A stretch of 64,000 nucleotides of DNA from a virus. The notes under the pieces were generated by a model. The model ran no database searches, was not told the origin of the DNA, and saw only the letters and a list, made by a program, of their open reading frames with translations. Position 1 is the stretch's first letter. Every line of letters begins with the position of its first letter. The position numbers and the translations under genes are program-made. Of this stretch, positions 29,227 to 38,934 are shown piece after piece. The DNA lies in IMG/VR virus record IMGVR_UViG_3300030419_007196, positions 60,865 to 124,864 of that record, one strand, 5' to 3'.

Positions 29227-31692
29227 TTATTTTTTTGACAACAATTTTTTTACAAAAGCTTTTCTAACAAGCCCTTTTGCATAAAGATCTTTGAGCGATT
29301 TTTCGCCGGCCTCATCTTTCTTGGAATCTAAAGTTACAACAAATCCCGGCTCATATACAAAACAATTCTCTTTATTATAAACTCCAAATATGACACGAAT
29401 TGGCTTGTCTGGAATTGTATTATAAAAATCAACGTCGAACTTTTCTTTTTTACCCGGCTTACATAAGGAGCCGCCGGCACCCTTTATTATATTTTCTACT
29501 TCGCTTTTGGTATAGTACCCTTTCAAATATGCATCCCGAAGAGTAAGCTCCTTCCCGCTTTTAAACTCCTCAGAATCTTCAGGCGGTATAACAACATAAT
29601 ACAGCGATATCTGCTGTGCAAATTCTTGATCGGTGGGCGCAGGCGCTTGGTCATCTCTAGCGGCAAAAATTTCTTTTATACTAGCTTCGAAAGATTTTTC
29701 ATATGCGCCCTTTTTCTTCTCTGTCTCTGCAGCAATTTTGGCCATGTTAATATCAAATATATCTAAAACTGCATGGCTATATGTAGTTTCAAAAAGCTCT
29801 GCTTCTCCGCAAATATCTGCCAAAGTTGAATTTTCCAGATTCTTTGAAATATCAGAGTTATCGTAAACCCATTTGAGCGGTGGGCCACCATTCATCAGAT
29901 AATCTGTGAAAAACTTAGTTGATGAGGTTCCATTTATTGTTTTATTCCACACGTCATAATCTGTGTTCGCGCCCGTTTCATTAGGTAAAACTGGATTTAT
30001 ATCTTGTATTTCTGGGTAGTTTTGCAAAGAAGGAAAACCTAGATAAATTTGATATTCGTTTTTTAATTGATCAAATTGAGCTTTAACACCTTGATTAAAC
30101 AAGTTGTTCAAGCCAAGAGTGTTCAGAACATTATTGATAGGAATTGCAGGCACCCTGTTGTTTATATTTAAAATCTGGCATATTTCTGCCAAATAAGCCT
30201 GCGCATCTTCCTTCATTTTGCTATCTACTTTTTGACATGGTTCCGCTGGGCAATCTTTTGGACTTGCGTCCTCAACAAGCTGAAAAACGTTGACATTCTC
30301 TCTTAAGAATTTAAAAAATTTCAAAATCCTTTTTTCTGTATCTAACTTTAGCACTATAAACTGTTTTCTATTGCCAATTTCTATCATGTCCGCTATAGTA
30401 AAGCAATTATACTCACCCAACATGAGATAAACTAGTTCTTTTGTGCCCAATTCCCTTGTTGCATCGACCATTTCATACTTTTTTGTTGCAACATTAAACT
30501 GCTTTCTCTTATAAACTTCACTTTTAAAGTCGTAAATAGCAGTAAAATATTTTCGAATAACAACAATTAGGCTGGCAATCGCCATAGAATTTTCCTCTTT
30601 AGAGGGGGTTTTCCATAATCCAAGTTTATTTTTAGTGGTTCCCTCTGGGGGTGGTCCAATTGAGGCTTTTTGAGCCTCTAATAGGCCATGTACTCTTGCT
30701 TCTTTTATACCCTCTGTAAGCACAGAATCAGAAATACTTTCATTAAGATTGAGCTTTTCTAGCGAATTATCTATAAATTCTGACAGGCTACCTATTGATT
30801 CGTCCTCAAACGATTCAACCAATCCGTCTGTGAGACGAAGCATGATCTTTGACAGTTTTCTGATTAAAGGTGTGAGTGCAACACATGTAGCGTAACAAAG
30901 AGCCTCTATCAATAATTTTCTTAAGATTAAATGAATATTCACATTTGGAATTAAAGGTACTGGTGGCAGTTTAAACAAAGGTAAAACGTCTGGAAATTCT
31001 GGCAGATCTTTTCTTATAATTGTTGTAAGTTCTGCGCCGCATGGCTCGATTTCTCTGGTAATTTGCTCTATTTCTTCCTGCGATAGAGCGCCGACAATCT
31101 TCTTCAAAAGTTCTCTTATATAAAATGACATCAAAAACTGAAGGGGTATTGCATTAAAAAACTGTTCAAAGTATGGATTGACACATGCGGTGGGGTCTGT
31201 TGGCCTAGTTAATTGATCTAGTACAGAAAGTAAATTTGTAATAGTGTCAAACCCCAAGCCATCTTCTGCTATATCCTTTACAAACTCTTCCGATTCTGCA
31301 TACAAGGGAGATTTTAGTAAACACCCATATGCCGTTTCTCCAAGCGCCTCTTTACTAAAAGGGTCTGTTTCTTCTTGAGGTTCTTGAAAAGCTACATTCA
31401 AAATATCATCAGGTGCGCTTTTACCATTTAATTTTTTCCCCTTACAAAAAGAAGTTGATTGATTGGCAGACTGATTTAATTCAACGAGCAAATCATTAAG
31501 TTTTTCTATATTAGTAAAAGAAGATCCATACGCGAGCGCGGCGTTAAATAACGGGCCGGCGGATACATCAAAAAAGGCACTATATAAGCCGTCTTCCAGC
31601 CCGCCCGGGTTTACACCGGAATCTTCCGATTGATTTTCGATCCTTTTTTTATCTAAAGTATCGTTTTTAATTTGTTGTTTTTTCTCAGTCAT
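29227..31692 (-). CDS. Large helical hypothetical protein with short C-terminal repeat
   Basis: 821-aa ORF, scattered Cys; two similar C-terminal motifs. Confidence 0.6.
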   Translation of the reverse strand: MTEKKQQIKNDTLDKKRIENQSEDSGVNPGGLEDGLYSAFFDVSAGPLFNAALAYGSSFTNIEKLNDLLVELNQSANQSTSFCKGKKLNGKSAPDDILNVAFQEPQEETDPFSKEALGETAYGCLLKSPLYAESEEFVKDIAEDGLGFDTITNLLSVLDQLTRPTDPTACVNPYFEQFFNAIPLQFLMSFYIRELLKKIVGALSQEEIEQITREIEPCGAELTTIIRKDLPEFPDVLPLFKLPPVPLIPNVNIHLILRKLLIEALCYATCVALTPLIRKLSKIMLRLTDGLVESFEDESIGSLSEFIDNSLEKLNLNESISDSVLTEGIKEARVHGLLEAQKASIGPPPEGTTKNKLGLWKTPSKEENSMAIASLIVVIRKYFTAIYDFKSEVYKRKQFNVATKKYEMVDATRELGTKELVYLMLGEYNCFTIADMIEIGNRKQFIVLKLDTEKRILKFFKFLRENVNVFQLVEDASPKDCPAEPCQKVDSKMKEDAQAYLAEICQILNINNRVPAIPINNVLNTLGLNNLFNQGVKAQFDQLKNEYQIYLGFPSLQNYPEIQDINPVLPNETGANTDYDVWNKTINGTSSTKFFTDYLMNGGPPLKWVYDNSDISKNLENSTLADICGEAELFETTYSHAVLDIFDINMAKIAAETEKKKGAYEKSFEASIKEIFAARDDQAPAPTDQEFAQQISLYYVVIPPEDSEEFKSGKELTLRDAYLKGYYTKSEVENIIKGAGGSLCKPGKKEKFDVDFYNTIPDKPIRVIFGVYNKENCFVYEPGFVVTLDSKKDEAGEKSLKDLYAKGLVRKAFVKKLLSKK

Positions 31693-31693
31693 T

Positions 31694-32509
31694 TTAATTC
31701 AATTTGTGATGGTCACTAAGATAATTACCTTCGACTGCTGGACTTTGGTTCCAAGCGTTTAATATCGAGTTTAATTCAGTAATAACGTTGTCAACCTGAC
31801 CTTTAATTTCTGAAGGGGTAACTAAAACACCGTGAACGATGGCAGCAATTGATGGCGCTGATGGTAAAACGCCGGCTGGTACCTGTGGCACAAAATGGAA
31901 ATGGCCGGCGAATATTTTGGTCAAAGCTATCATGCGGAAAGCCAAATCAAATTGATTGTTATTAATATTACTTATAACCGTTTCTAGGTTGTGTATTGTC
32001 TTTCTAAGGCTTTTTCCCTTCACCATGGGTTCTAACGTGTCGGCGCTTTTTCCGTGGATTAGAGACACCCCAGCGCCCGTATTAAGCGACTTTTTATCCC
32101 TTACCAAACCCGTGTGCATATTGATGCCGCCCTTGCCGAACGCAACGTATCGATGATCATCTGCAAAAATTGTCACGTTAGAGAGTCCTTTTTCTGTTTC
32201 TGTGGTCGCTTGATTTTTCACCGGCTGAGGCAGTACAATACCATTAGGATTTCTATCTGGATTGAGAACATAACTTGTAGAGGCGGCTTGGTTAATGAAT
32301 ATTCCTGCTGCGCTCAACGATGCCTTAACCTCAGAAACTAATTTATCAGAATCGTCATTATTTATTGTGTTTGCGCCGGCCACTAATATTACTCGATCTG
32401 GCGCACGAATATTTTCTACTTTTCCATGCCTGTCTAATTGATAATTTTCATCAATAATGATCGCAGCGGATCCGTTTGACTCAACAATTTTTGCCTCTTT
32501 ATTGTTCAT
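31694..32509 (-). CDS. Possible baseplate spike/hub (gp5/gpV C-terminal-like) protein
   Basis: Beta-rich N-half, EPMVKG, helix, then AGHFHF HxH apex-like motif; upstream of gp25/gp6. Confidence 0.45.
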   Translation of the reverse strand: MNNKEAKIVESNGSAAIIIDENYQLDRHGKVENIRAPDRVILVAGANTINNDDSDKLVSEVKASLSAAGIFINQAASTSYVLNPDRNPNGIVLPQPVKNQATTETEKGLSNVTIFADDHRYVAFGKGGINMHTGLVRDKKSLNTGAGVSLIHGKSADTLEPMVKGKSLRKTIHNLETVISNINNNQFDLAFRMIALTKIFAGHFHFVPQVPAGVLPSAPSIAAIVHGVLVTPSEIKGQVDNVITELNSILNAWNQSPAVEGNYLSDHHKLN

Positions 32510-33159
32510 TAGCTTCTCTTCTCTTTTGTTCCTGCCTGTGATGTTCTTGGTATGTGTTTAACCAATTCAGGCTCTCTAAGATTATCTCTATCATTAAATT
32601 TAAATATAAATTTTTGTTTTTTGTTACTGTTAATGCCACCATACTGGCTCTTATCAAAATTAACCCTCAGAAGAAAACTGGCTATGATTTCCTCTTCCAA
32701 AATTTGTATTTCTGCTATGTCCTTAACTATCTTTTTTCTAGGGAATAATACATGATAGAGTCCCTCTGAATAAAGAAAAAGAGAGACTCTATCTTGAATT
32801 TGAGAATAATCTAGTTTGCCACGGCCGCTGACTCGGTTTTCATCTATGTTTCTGTCATAGAAGGGGTCTGCGACAATATAATTTATATCTAAGCCCGGGC
32901 GGAAAGCGTTTTTAACTCTGCCAACTTTAGAAGTGGCAGATGGGTCGGCAGTTTCTAGGGCCTCTTTGGTGGTAACAGTTGTTGTGGTTCCAACAACGCG
33001 ATATTCGATCACGCCGACATATTCGTTTTGTCTTTTTCCTTCAGAAGTTGGTTCTTCTTTTTCAATTGCCCTTTCAAGAAGTTTTATAAAGTTTGTATCC
33101 GGATTTAAAAAATTTAAAGATGGATCTCTCTTAACAGATGGTCTAGCAGGCTTTGTCAT
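32509..33159 (-). CDS. Hypothetical protein
   Basis: 216-aa ORF with ATGA overlap. Confidence 0.6.
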   Translation of the reverse strand: MTKPARPSVKRDPSLNFLNPDTNFIKLLERAIEKEEPTSEGKRQNEYVGVIEYRVVGTTTTVTTKEALETADPSATSKVGRVKNAFRPGLDINYIVADPFYDRNIDENRVSGRGKLDYSQIQDRVSLFLYSEGLYHVLFPRKKIVKDIAEIQILEEEIIASFLLRVNFDKSQYGGINSNKKQKFIFKFNDRDNLREPELVKHIPRTSQAGTKEKRS

Positions 33160-33464
33160 TTTTCAGCCGCCTTGTTACCTTCACCCTGTATCACTTCAAA
33201 AATATTGTTTGTCTCTTCATCAGTTAAAGTTAAGTCCTCTTCAACCTGTTGCTGTTTTGCCAACATGTTTGCAAGTTTAACCAATTGTTCGTTAGATCTT
33301 TGAAGCGTCTCAACGTATTTGGCAGCTATTACACCAGACCTGCTATGGTTTGTTTCACCACTCTGTATTTCACCGCGCAACTCATTAAGCAGATCAACGG
33401 TAAGTTTTCTATCATCTTGTATGTTTTGTATACTATCTTGAATTAATTTTTTTGCATCAGCCAT
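33156..33464 (-). CDS. Helical hypothetical protein (weak resemblance to terminase small subunits)
   Basis: AAKYVETLQRSNEQLVKLA helix pattern; function uncertain. Confidence 0.5.
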   Translation of the reverse strand: MADAKKLIQDSIQNIQDDRKLTVDLLNELRGEIQSGETNHSRSGVIAAKYVETLQRSNEQLVKLANMLAKQQQVEEDLTLTDEETNNIFEVIQGEGNKAAEK

Positions 33465-33467
33465 ACA

Positions 33468-33476
33468 ATAAATATT
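33468..33476 (-). promoter_or_regulatory. Candidate late promoter AATATTTAT, 4 nt before ATG
   Basis: Minus strand AATATTTATTGT-ATG, just downstream of the sigma gene; no SD. Confidence 0.4.
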
Positions 33477-33483
33477 ATTAACG

Positions 33484-34182
33484 TTAAAATTCTGCCTTAT
33501 TCCACTGATGTTTAAAAGTCCTGTATCTCTCTCTGTATTTTTTCAAACTAGTGGCGATTTGTTTTGTATTGAGACCAGTTAATTCTCTTAAATAAAGAAA
33601 AATAGCTTTTTTATTTAAAATTTCAACATCATCCGGATTTTCAAGTATTGTTTTAATAGCGTGCAATACCCTTGCGTCATTTGTTATATGCTCTGTTTTT
33701 TGTTCCGCAGAGAGCCACCCATCTATATTTATTAAAAGATGTTGCCAAAACTCTGCAGCCTCTCTTTGTTCATTTAAACGATTTATTGTGACGAGCTTTT
33801 CCTCTTCCATGTTACCATGAACGTCATTAATGTCAATCTCGCGGCTAGCCCTCTTAGCATTTTTTTTCGCCTGTTGGATAAACCAATTTTTTGTTACAAC
33901 TGAAAAATAAGAAAATGCCTTGTGGCCACGCGATGCGTCATATTTTTCCAAAATTGTGACGAGCCAAAGCTTGCAATCATCCCTTAAATAATCTGAGTTG
34001 GGTAACGAGGTAAACTTATAAGTGTAGCAAATCTTATCAACCATTTCATTAAACGCGGGCTGAATCCATTTTTCGTACAATTTTTCTTTTTTATATCTAT
34101 CTTTAGTTGTTGCGTATTCTACTATTGCCAGTTCGTGTTCTTTTGTAAAATAGTGATTTTTTTTCCTCTTTCTTCTAGCCAT
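33484..34182 (-). CDS. Phage RNA polymerase sigma factor (T4 gp55-like, late)
   Basis: KNHYFTKE N-terminus; region-2-like LEKYDASRGHKAFSYFSVVTKNWFIQ. Confidence 0.75.
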   Translation of the reverse strand: MARRKRKKNHYFTKEHELAIVEYATTKDRYKKEKLYEKWIQPAFNEMVDKICYTYKFTSLPNSDYLRDDCKLWLVTILEKYDASRGHKAFSYFSVVTKNWFIQQAKKNAKRASREIDINDVHGNMEEEKLVTINRLNEQREAAEFWQHLLINIDGWLSAEQKTEHITNDARVLHAIKTILENPDDVEILNKKAIFLYLRELTGLNTKQIATSLKKYRERYRTFKHQWNKAEF

Positions 34183-34448
34183 TATTGTTCCTCATCAGAA
34201 AACCCAGCTAAAAAAGATTCAATATCATCTATAACATCTTTGCTGTGTAGAATTAGTTTCTCTATCGTGGGTTCACCAACATAAATTTCTGAATTGTTTA
34301 GTTGATTTAAATGTTCCCTAAAGACTTCTATTGATGACATTACGTTATCATAGTTGTCGTTAACAAACATCAACCTGTTAAACAGTTTATAGTTTACCCA
34401 CAAAGATACAACTGTAACTACCAACACCATTATTTCAAAAACGATCAT
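34182..34448 (-). CDS. Small membrane-anchored hypothetical protein
   Basis: N-terminal hydrophobic helix. Confidence 0.6.
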   Translation of the reverse strand: MIVFEIMVLVVTVVSLWVNYKLFNRLMFVNDNYDNVMSSIEVFREHLNQLNNSEIYVGEPTIEKLILHSKDVIDDIESFLAGFSDEEQ

Positions 34449-34701
34449 CGTCTTTCTCCTTGTAATCTTCTATGTGTTTTTTTAAATCTTGTTTTGCGCG
34501 CACAATTGCATCTTCGACAACCTCTCCGACCTCTTTATCATTTTTAAGATCGTTTTTTTTATATGTCAAAAAACTTGGAGGGATTTTATATGGTGCACCC
34601 TCAAGACAATGTGGGCAAATGTCCGGAGTGGGAGCAGAAATAGACGCCCACTCTGACCATTCCTTATCGCAGCCGTCGCACCTATACAGGTACTTAGGCA
34701 T
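34435..34701 (-). CDS. FmdB-family Zn-ribbon protein
   Basis: MPKYLYRCDGC...CPHC. Confidence 0.8.
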   Translation of the reverse strand: MPKYLYRCDGCDKEWSEWASISAPTPDICPHCLEGAPYKIPPSFLTYKKNDLKNDKEVGEVVEDAIVRAKQDLKKHIEDYKEKDDDRF

Positions 34702-34876
34702 TTGCTTCCGACTTAAGTTCGAATGTTGGTGGGTTTAACACAACCAACTCGTCAGGCGCTGTATCTTCAGCGATAAAGTCCATTCCCTTTAGAACTGGAA
34801 CAATATCCGACTCTTCCAGTAGTGATTTTTGCAGGGCCATCATAATAGCCCCAAGTGCTTGATCTGATAATTTCAT
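34694..34876 (-). CDS. Small hypothetical protein
   Basis: 60 aa with SD GGAG; overlaps next gene by 8 nt. Confidence 0.65.
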   Translation of the reverse strand: MKLSDQALGAIMMALQKSLLEESDIVPVLKGMDFIAEDTAPDELVVLNPPTFELKSEANA

Positions 34877-34888
34877 TTAAATTCTCCA

Positions 34889-35809
34889 TTAAATATAAGC
34901 AGCATTCCTTAATAAGGATCTGCCTTGTCCATTCTTAAATTTTTTTAAATTCATAAAGCAACTATTAATCCCCTCTTGTATGGAGATAGATGCCTTCCAA
35001 CCAATTTGTTCTAATCCTGTTATATCTGCCTTTGTTAGAAGCACATCGCCCTTTCTTGGTGGCCGTGATTCAAACTCAATATTTGGAAAATGTTGCCTAA
35101 TGATCTGTATTACTTCGTTTAATGATATGTTACTGCCCGTGCCGACATCAAACACTTTGCCTCTCAGCAAGTTAGAGTGGTTCATCATGAACACGTTCGC
35201 AGAAACCACGTCATCGACATGCACCATATCCCTTCTATTGTTGCCATCACCATTTAAAAACGGTACCTTATCCTCTCTAATATGATGCATCCAATTGGCT
35301 ATAGCTGTCGCATAACTATCGTTTGCTTTTTGATCCTCTGAATAAACATTAAAGTATCTAAGACTAACTGTGTCTATACCATATATTTTAGACCACAACG
35401 AGCATTCCAACTCTGAATATAATTTTTGTAAAGCATAGGGGCTTACCGGGCCTGAGCCATCGCCAACAACCGATGATGAACTAGAGAAAATAACCCTTTT
35501 TGCGCCTACAGAACGGGCAAAATTCAAAACATTTGTTGTCGCAAGAATGTTGTTCTTGGTGGTCTCAACTGGATTTTCAACGCTGTAGAGAACCCTTGGA
35601 ATACACGCCATATGAAAAATATACTCGGGCTTAAAGTTGTAATACTTTGGATGAAATGATTTTTTATCTAGACCATGATGCAGGTCAGAATTTATATCAT
35701 GACCTTCTAATAGATCGATCCCAATAACTTCATGGCCCAAGTCTCTTAGCCTTTCAAACAGTTTTGTTCCTATGTAGCCTCTATAGCCAGTTACCATACA
35801 TCTAGACAT
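34889..35809 (-). CDS. NAD-dependent NDP-sugar epimerase/dehydratase (GalE/WbpP-like)
   Basis: TGYRGYIG, FSSSSSV, PYALQK (YxxxK), LRYFNVY, RDMVHVDDV. Confidence 0.88.
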   Translation of the reverse strand: MSRCMVTGYRGYIGTKLFERLRDLGHEVIGIDLLEGHDINSDLHHGLDKKSFHPKYYNFKPEYIFHMACIPRVLYSVENPVETTKNNILATTNVLNFARSVGAKRVIFSSSSSVVGDGSGPVSPYALQKLYSELECSLWSKIYGIDTVSLRYFNVYSEDQKANDSYATAIANWMHHIREDKVPFLNGDGNNRRDMVHVDDVVSANVFMMNHSNLLRGKVFDVGTGSNISLNEVIQIIRQHFPNIEFESRPPRKGDVLLTKADITGLEQIGWKASISIQEGINSCFMNLKKFKNGQGRSLLRNAAYI

Positions 35810-36111
35810 TATACACCCTCAAAAAAACTTTCAGAATTTATAGCCTTATCGCATATAAATAAATCATACATAGGCTTACCAACTTTAACTTCATGGTGTT
35901 TAGCGCCCCACTCAGCCAGTTGTTTTGCTGTGGTGTCATACCAATTTAAGCCGCTGCCCGAACCTCGTGCCGTCCAATAAACAATTGTATTGCCAGCATC
36001 ATATAGTTTATTAATTTTTTTTATATTTTTTGTTATTGGGACAGATTTTGTATAATCTCTACTTTCTGGTGTTTCACAAATTGTCTCATCAATATCAACG
36101 TAAATTATCAT
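35809..36111 (-). CDS. Small HAD-family phosphatase (capsule-biosynthesis type)
   Basis: VDIDETIC, WTARG, GKP..D.FICDK. Confidence 0.8.
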   Translation of the reverse strand: MIIYVDIDETICETPESRDYTKSVPITKNIKKINKLYDAGNTIVYWTARGSGSGLNWYDTTAKQLAEWGAKHHEVKVGKPMYDLFICDKAINSESFFEGV

Positions 36112-37246
36112 TCAACATTTCCTTTATCTGTTCCGATAGAATTTGTATTGAAGTTTTTTTCCTATCTGCTAATATGATATCATGGATCTCATCTAAATTT
36201 TCAATTTTATTTTTGTACTGTTTGTTTTTTATATAAGAATCCATTTCACCCAAACTTACTTTATCAGCAAATTTAAAAAATATGTTTGACCATGGTATGA
36301 ATGGTGGGTGGATGTAAAGACAGGGAGTGTCATACAGCGACATCTCAATTGATATCGAAGACTGGTTAGTCATGGCCAGATCTGCATATTTGTATGCCCA
36401 GTGGGTGTCCAGAGGATCTAGAATCGGAGTGTTCTCAATACCACATATTTCGTGCGACCATCGATGATTCAGTCTGCCTGATGCAAGTCGACAATACTCT
36501 TTAGGATGTAATTTGATAACAACATTATCAAGCTCTGATGCCTTTATGTATGCCTTTTTAGCTGTGCCGTGAACAACCGCCGAGGGAGAAGAGGGTAGAT
36601 ATAAAAATATATCTTTTGATGCGTCTAGGCCGTATTTTGTACAAAACTGCTCCTTTGACATAGGTGGAAGACAATCATCAACATTATCCCACAGCAAACA
36701 ATTTGAATATATGTATTTTGGCTCAGGCTTGGCATCAAATGGTCGCCACTGGTACATATGGTGAGTGCCATAATAGTTCGGCTCTACATGAAGCCTCCTC
36801 ATCGATGGGCTAGTAAGGCTGGCTACATCTGCGCCGGCGTAGTAAAAATCAGTTATCATTTCACTAATTTGTACTGTTACAGCACCTTTATCCTTGGCAA
36901 TTTGAATGTCCTTGCCAATACCGGGAGACCTTGAACCTAAAGCTGGTGGCTCTTTTCCATCGGGATCAACAAACCCTTTTCTACCATTTGAACTAAAAAT
37001 TGCGATCTTGTAATCAATATTCTTGAGGGTTTCTAAAGCCTCCTGCATAGGCTGCAACACAACATCATCCTTGTACTTGGCTTCGAAAAAATTAAATTGC
37101 TCGCTTGTTATGCCAAACTCTCCCTCTCCAATAATTGTCAGTACATTACAGAATTTCTTTAAAGTGTTGTGAAAGCACAAATATTTGTGTATCGCCTGCG
37201 GTGGTGCCCAATAAAAATAAGCAACCACATCATATTGTTTTTTCAT
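36095..37246 (-). CDS. GT-B-fold transferase (TagF/KpsS/sialyltransferase-like)
   Basis: IFLYLP, VIKLHPKE, ADLAMTNQSSISIEMSLYDTP motifs; in the NeuA/NeuB block. Confidence 0.6.
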   Translation of the reverse strand: MKKQYDVVAYFYWAPPQAIHKYLCFHNTLKKFCNVLTIIGEGEFGITSEQFNFFEAKYKDDVVLQPMQEALETLKNIDYKIAIFSSNGRKGFVDPDGKEPPALGSRSPGIGKDIQIAKDKGAVTVQISEMITDFYYAGADVASLTSPSMRRLHVEPNYYGTHHMYQWRPFDAKPEPKYIYSNCLLWDNVDDCLPPMSKEQFCTKYGLDASKDIFLYLPSSPSAVVHGTAKKAYIKASELDNVVIKLHPKEYCRLASGRLNHRWSHEICGIENTPILDPLDTHWAYKYADLAMTNQSSISIEMSLYDTPCLYIHPPFIPWSNIFFKFADKVSLGEMDSYIKNKQYKNKIENLDEIHDIILADRKKTSIQILSEQIKEMLNDNLR

Positions 37247-37596
37247 TAGTCGCCCTTCTTTATTCTGTAAGAATCACTATCAAAATGTTGAGTTGAAAAC
37301 TCAAATAATTCTGTGTCCTCTAAAGCCAACATTTGGTGGCGTAGCCCACGATAAACGTGAAAATTATCCCCCTTTTCTAAAATTATAGTTTCTGCAAGCT
37401 CCAAATCGTCTTGCTCGGAAAATTTTACTAACATTTTACCAGACTGAACGTAAAACACTTCGTCTTTTAACTTGTGATAGTGCCAAGAACACCTCTTGTC
37501 TTTATTAAAGAACAGCAGTTTACCACAATATTCCTCACAATTTACAATCCACTTTTCGTATCCCCAACCTTTTGGGACGTGCTTTATTTTGACCAT
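37246..37596 (-). CDS. Cupin sugar isomerase-like protein (mannose-6-P isomerase type II / lyxose isomerase-like)
   Basis: KGWGYE, SWHYHKLKDEVFYVQSG, LRHQM cupin motifs. Confidence 0.75.
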   Translation of the reverse strand: MVKIKHVPKGWGYEKWIVNCEEYCGKLLFFNKDKRCSWHYHKLKDEVFYVQSGKMLVKFSEQDDLELAETIILEKGDNFHVYRGLRHQMLALEDTELFEFSTQHFDSDSYRIKKGD

Positions 37597-38168
37597 TTTT
37601 TTATCTCATCTTCTTGCTTGAAATTTAACCATTTTTCTCTATTTTTCTTTAAGTCTTCCCACTCTAAACTTTTCAATTTTGCAATAAGCAAATTAGAATT
37701 TTTACGAATTTTTAAAAACCCAACAGATTCTGTTATCTCTCTTAGAGGATATACACAAGAATCTAAATCTTTCCTTGTCCTTAGTTTGACAAAAGATCTC
37801 CAACATGTATCAGTATCGCAGCTTGTCTTGTTTGGAGGATCAATATCGTGAAAGAGAATAATTCCTTTTGGGGCTAAATGTTTTAATGCGTTTTCAGCAT
37901 CCTTTGTGCATTGTTCTTCTGTGTGCAACCCATCAATAAAAATAATATCATATTTATAATCAGGGTCTAATGTTTCGAAAAATTTATCCGATGTTACTTT
38001 ATGCGTAGCAGATGTCCATGGCGCTGGATCAACCGAGTGCTTTATTTCACATTTTATTTTGTTGAAAGTTTGCCCTTGAAAGCAGCCAATCTCTAAGAAA
38101 CTTTTATAATTATTATCATCTATTAACCACTGAATCCAATCAAATCTTTCAAATTTTTCATTATACAT
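37584..38168 (-). CDS. Class I SAM methyltransferase (Methyltransf_24-like)
   Basis: FLEIGCFQG, YDIIFIDGLH, GIILFHD; start moved to ATG 38168 (SD AAGGGA). Confidence 0.82.
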   Translation of the reverse strand: MYNEKFERFDWIQWLIDDNNYKSFLEIGCFQGQTFNKIKCEIKHSVDPAPWTSATHKVTSDKFFETLDPDYKYDIIFIDGLHTEEQCTKDAENALKHLAPKGIILFHDIDPPNKTSCDTDTCWRSFVKLRTRKDLDSCVYPLREITESVGFLKIRKNSNLLIAKLKSLEWEDLKKNREKWLNFKQEDEIKKWSK

Positions 38169-38169
38169 T

Positions 38170-38934
38170 TTAAAGTCCCTTTGTAAGCCAGCCACCATCA
38201 ACATATATGTCTTGGCCTGTTATATAAGACGAGCAATCTGAGCACAAGAAAACAGCCAGCCCTGAAATGTCGTCTGGCTCGCCCCATCTGCCCAGCAGAG
38301 TTTTGTCTGAACGTTCTTTTAAGATGGCCCTGTCCTCCCAATTTAGTTTTTGTAGGCGGCCATCCTGCTTATGAAATTCTGTTTTAAAATAGCCCGGGCC
38401 AATATTATTAACCCTAATATTGTGTTTTCCTAGTTCATAAGCAAATGATTTTGTTAACATTTTTAAACCACCTTTAGTAGCTGGGTATGCCGGGTTGTTG
38501 GGAAATGCCATTTCGGAATTTAAACTTGTTATATTTACGATCGAGCCTTTCTTATTTTTGATCATAAGTGGTGCTAGACCCTGTGTTAAAAGAAATGGTG
38601 CCAGCAAATTAACTTTATATGTTTTTTCCCAGTCTTCTAAAGGATATTCTAGAAAATTGTGGCCGAATCCAACGCCGGCGTTATTAACCAAAATGTCCAC
38701 AACATCATATTTGTCTTTACAGTATTGTACCAACCCTTGTATATCTTTTTGATTTTCAATATTACAGTTATAACTGTCATATGGCTGTTGTACAATATCC
38801 AACTTGTCTACTGCTAGAACCTGCGCTCCTGCATTATGAAAAGCATCTGCAATTGCTTTTCCAATACCCCTCTTTGCACCGGTTACGATCGCTGTTTTAC
38901 CGTCCAGAGAAAACATTTTTTCAAGATATGTCAT
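38170..38934 (-). CDS. SDR oxidoreductase (gluconate 5-dehydrogenase/KduD-like)
   Basis: TGAKRGIG, LVNNAG, YPATK, NNIGPG, VDGGW. Confidence 0.9.
   Translation of the reverse strand: MTYLEKMFSLDGKTAIVTGAKRGIGKAIADAFHNAGAQVLAVDKLDIVQQPYDSYNCNIENQKDIQGLVQYCKDKYDVVDILVNNAGVGFGHNFLEYPLEDWEKTYKVNLLAPFLLTQGLAPLMIKNKKGSIVNITSLNSEMAFPNNPAYPATKGGLKMLTKSFAYELGKHNIRVNNIGPGYFKTEFHKQDGRLQKLNWEDRAILKERSDKTLLGRWGEPDDISGLAVFLCSDCSSYITGQDIYVDGGWLTKGL

Noticed and set aside
33156-33464. Firm call as terminase small subunit
   Set aside because: Only a vague helical resemblance and no large terminase nearby
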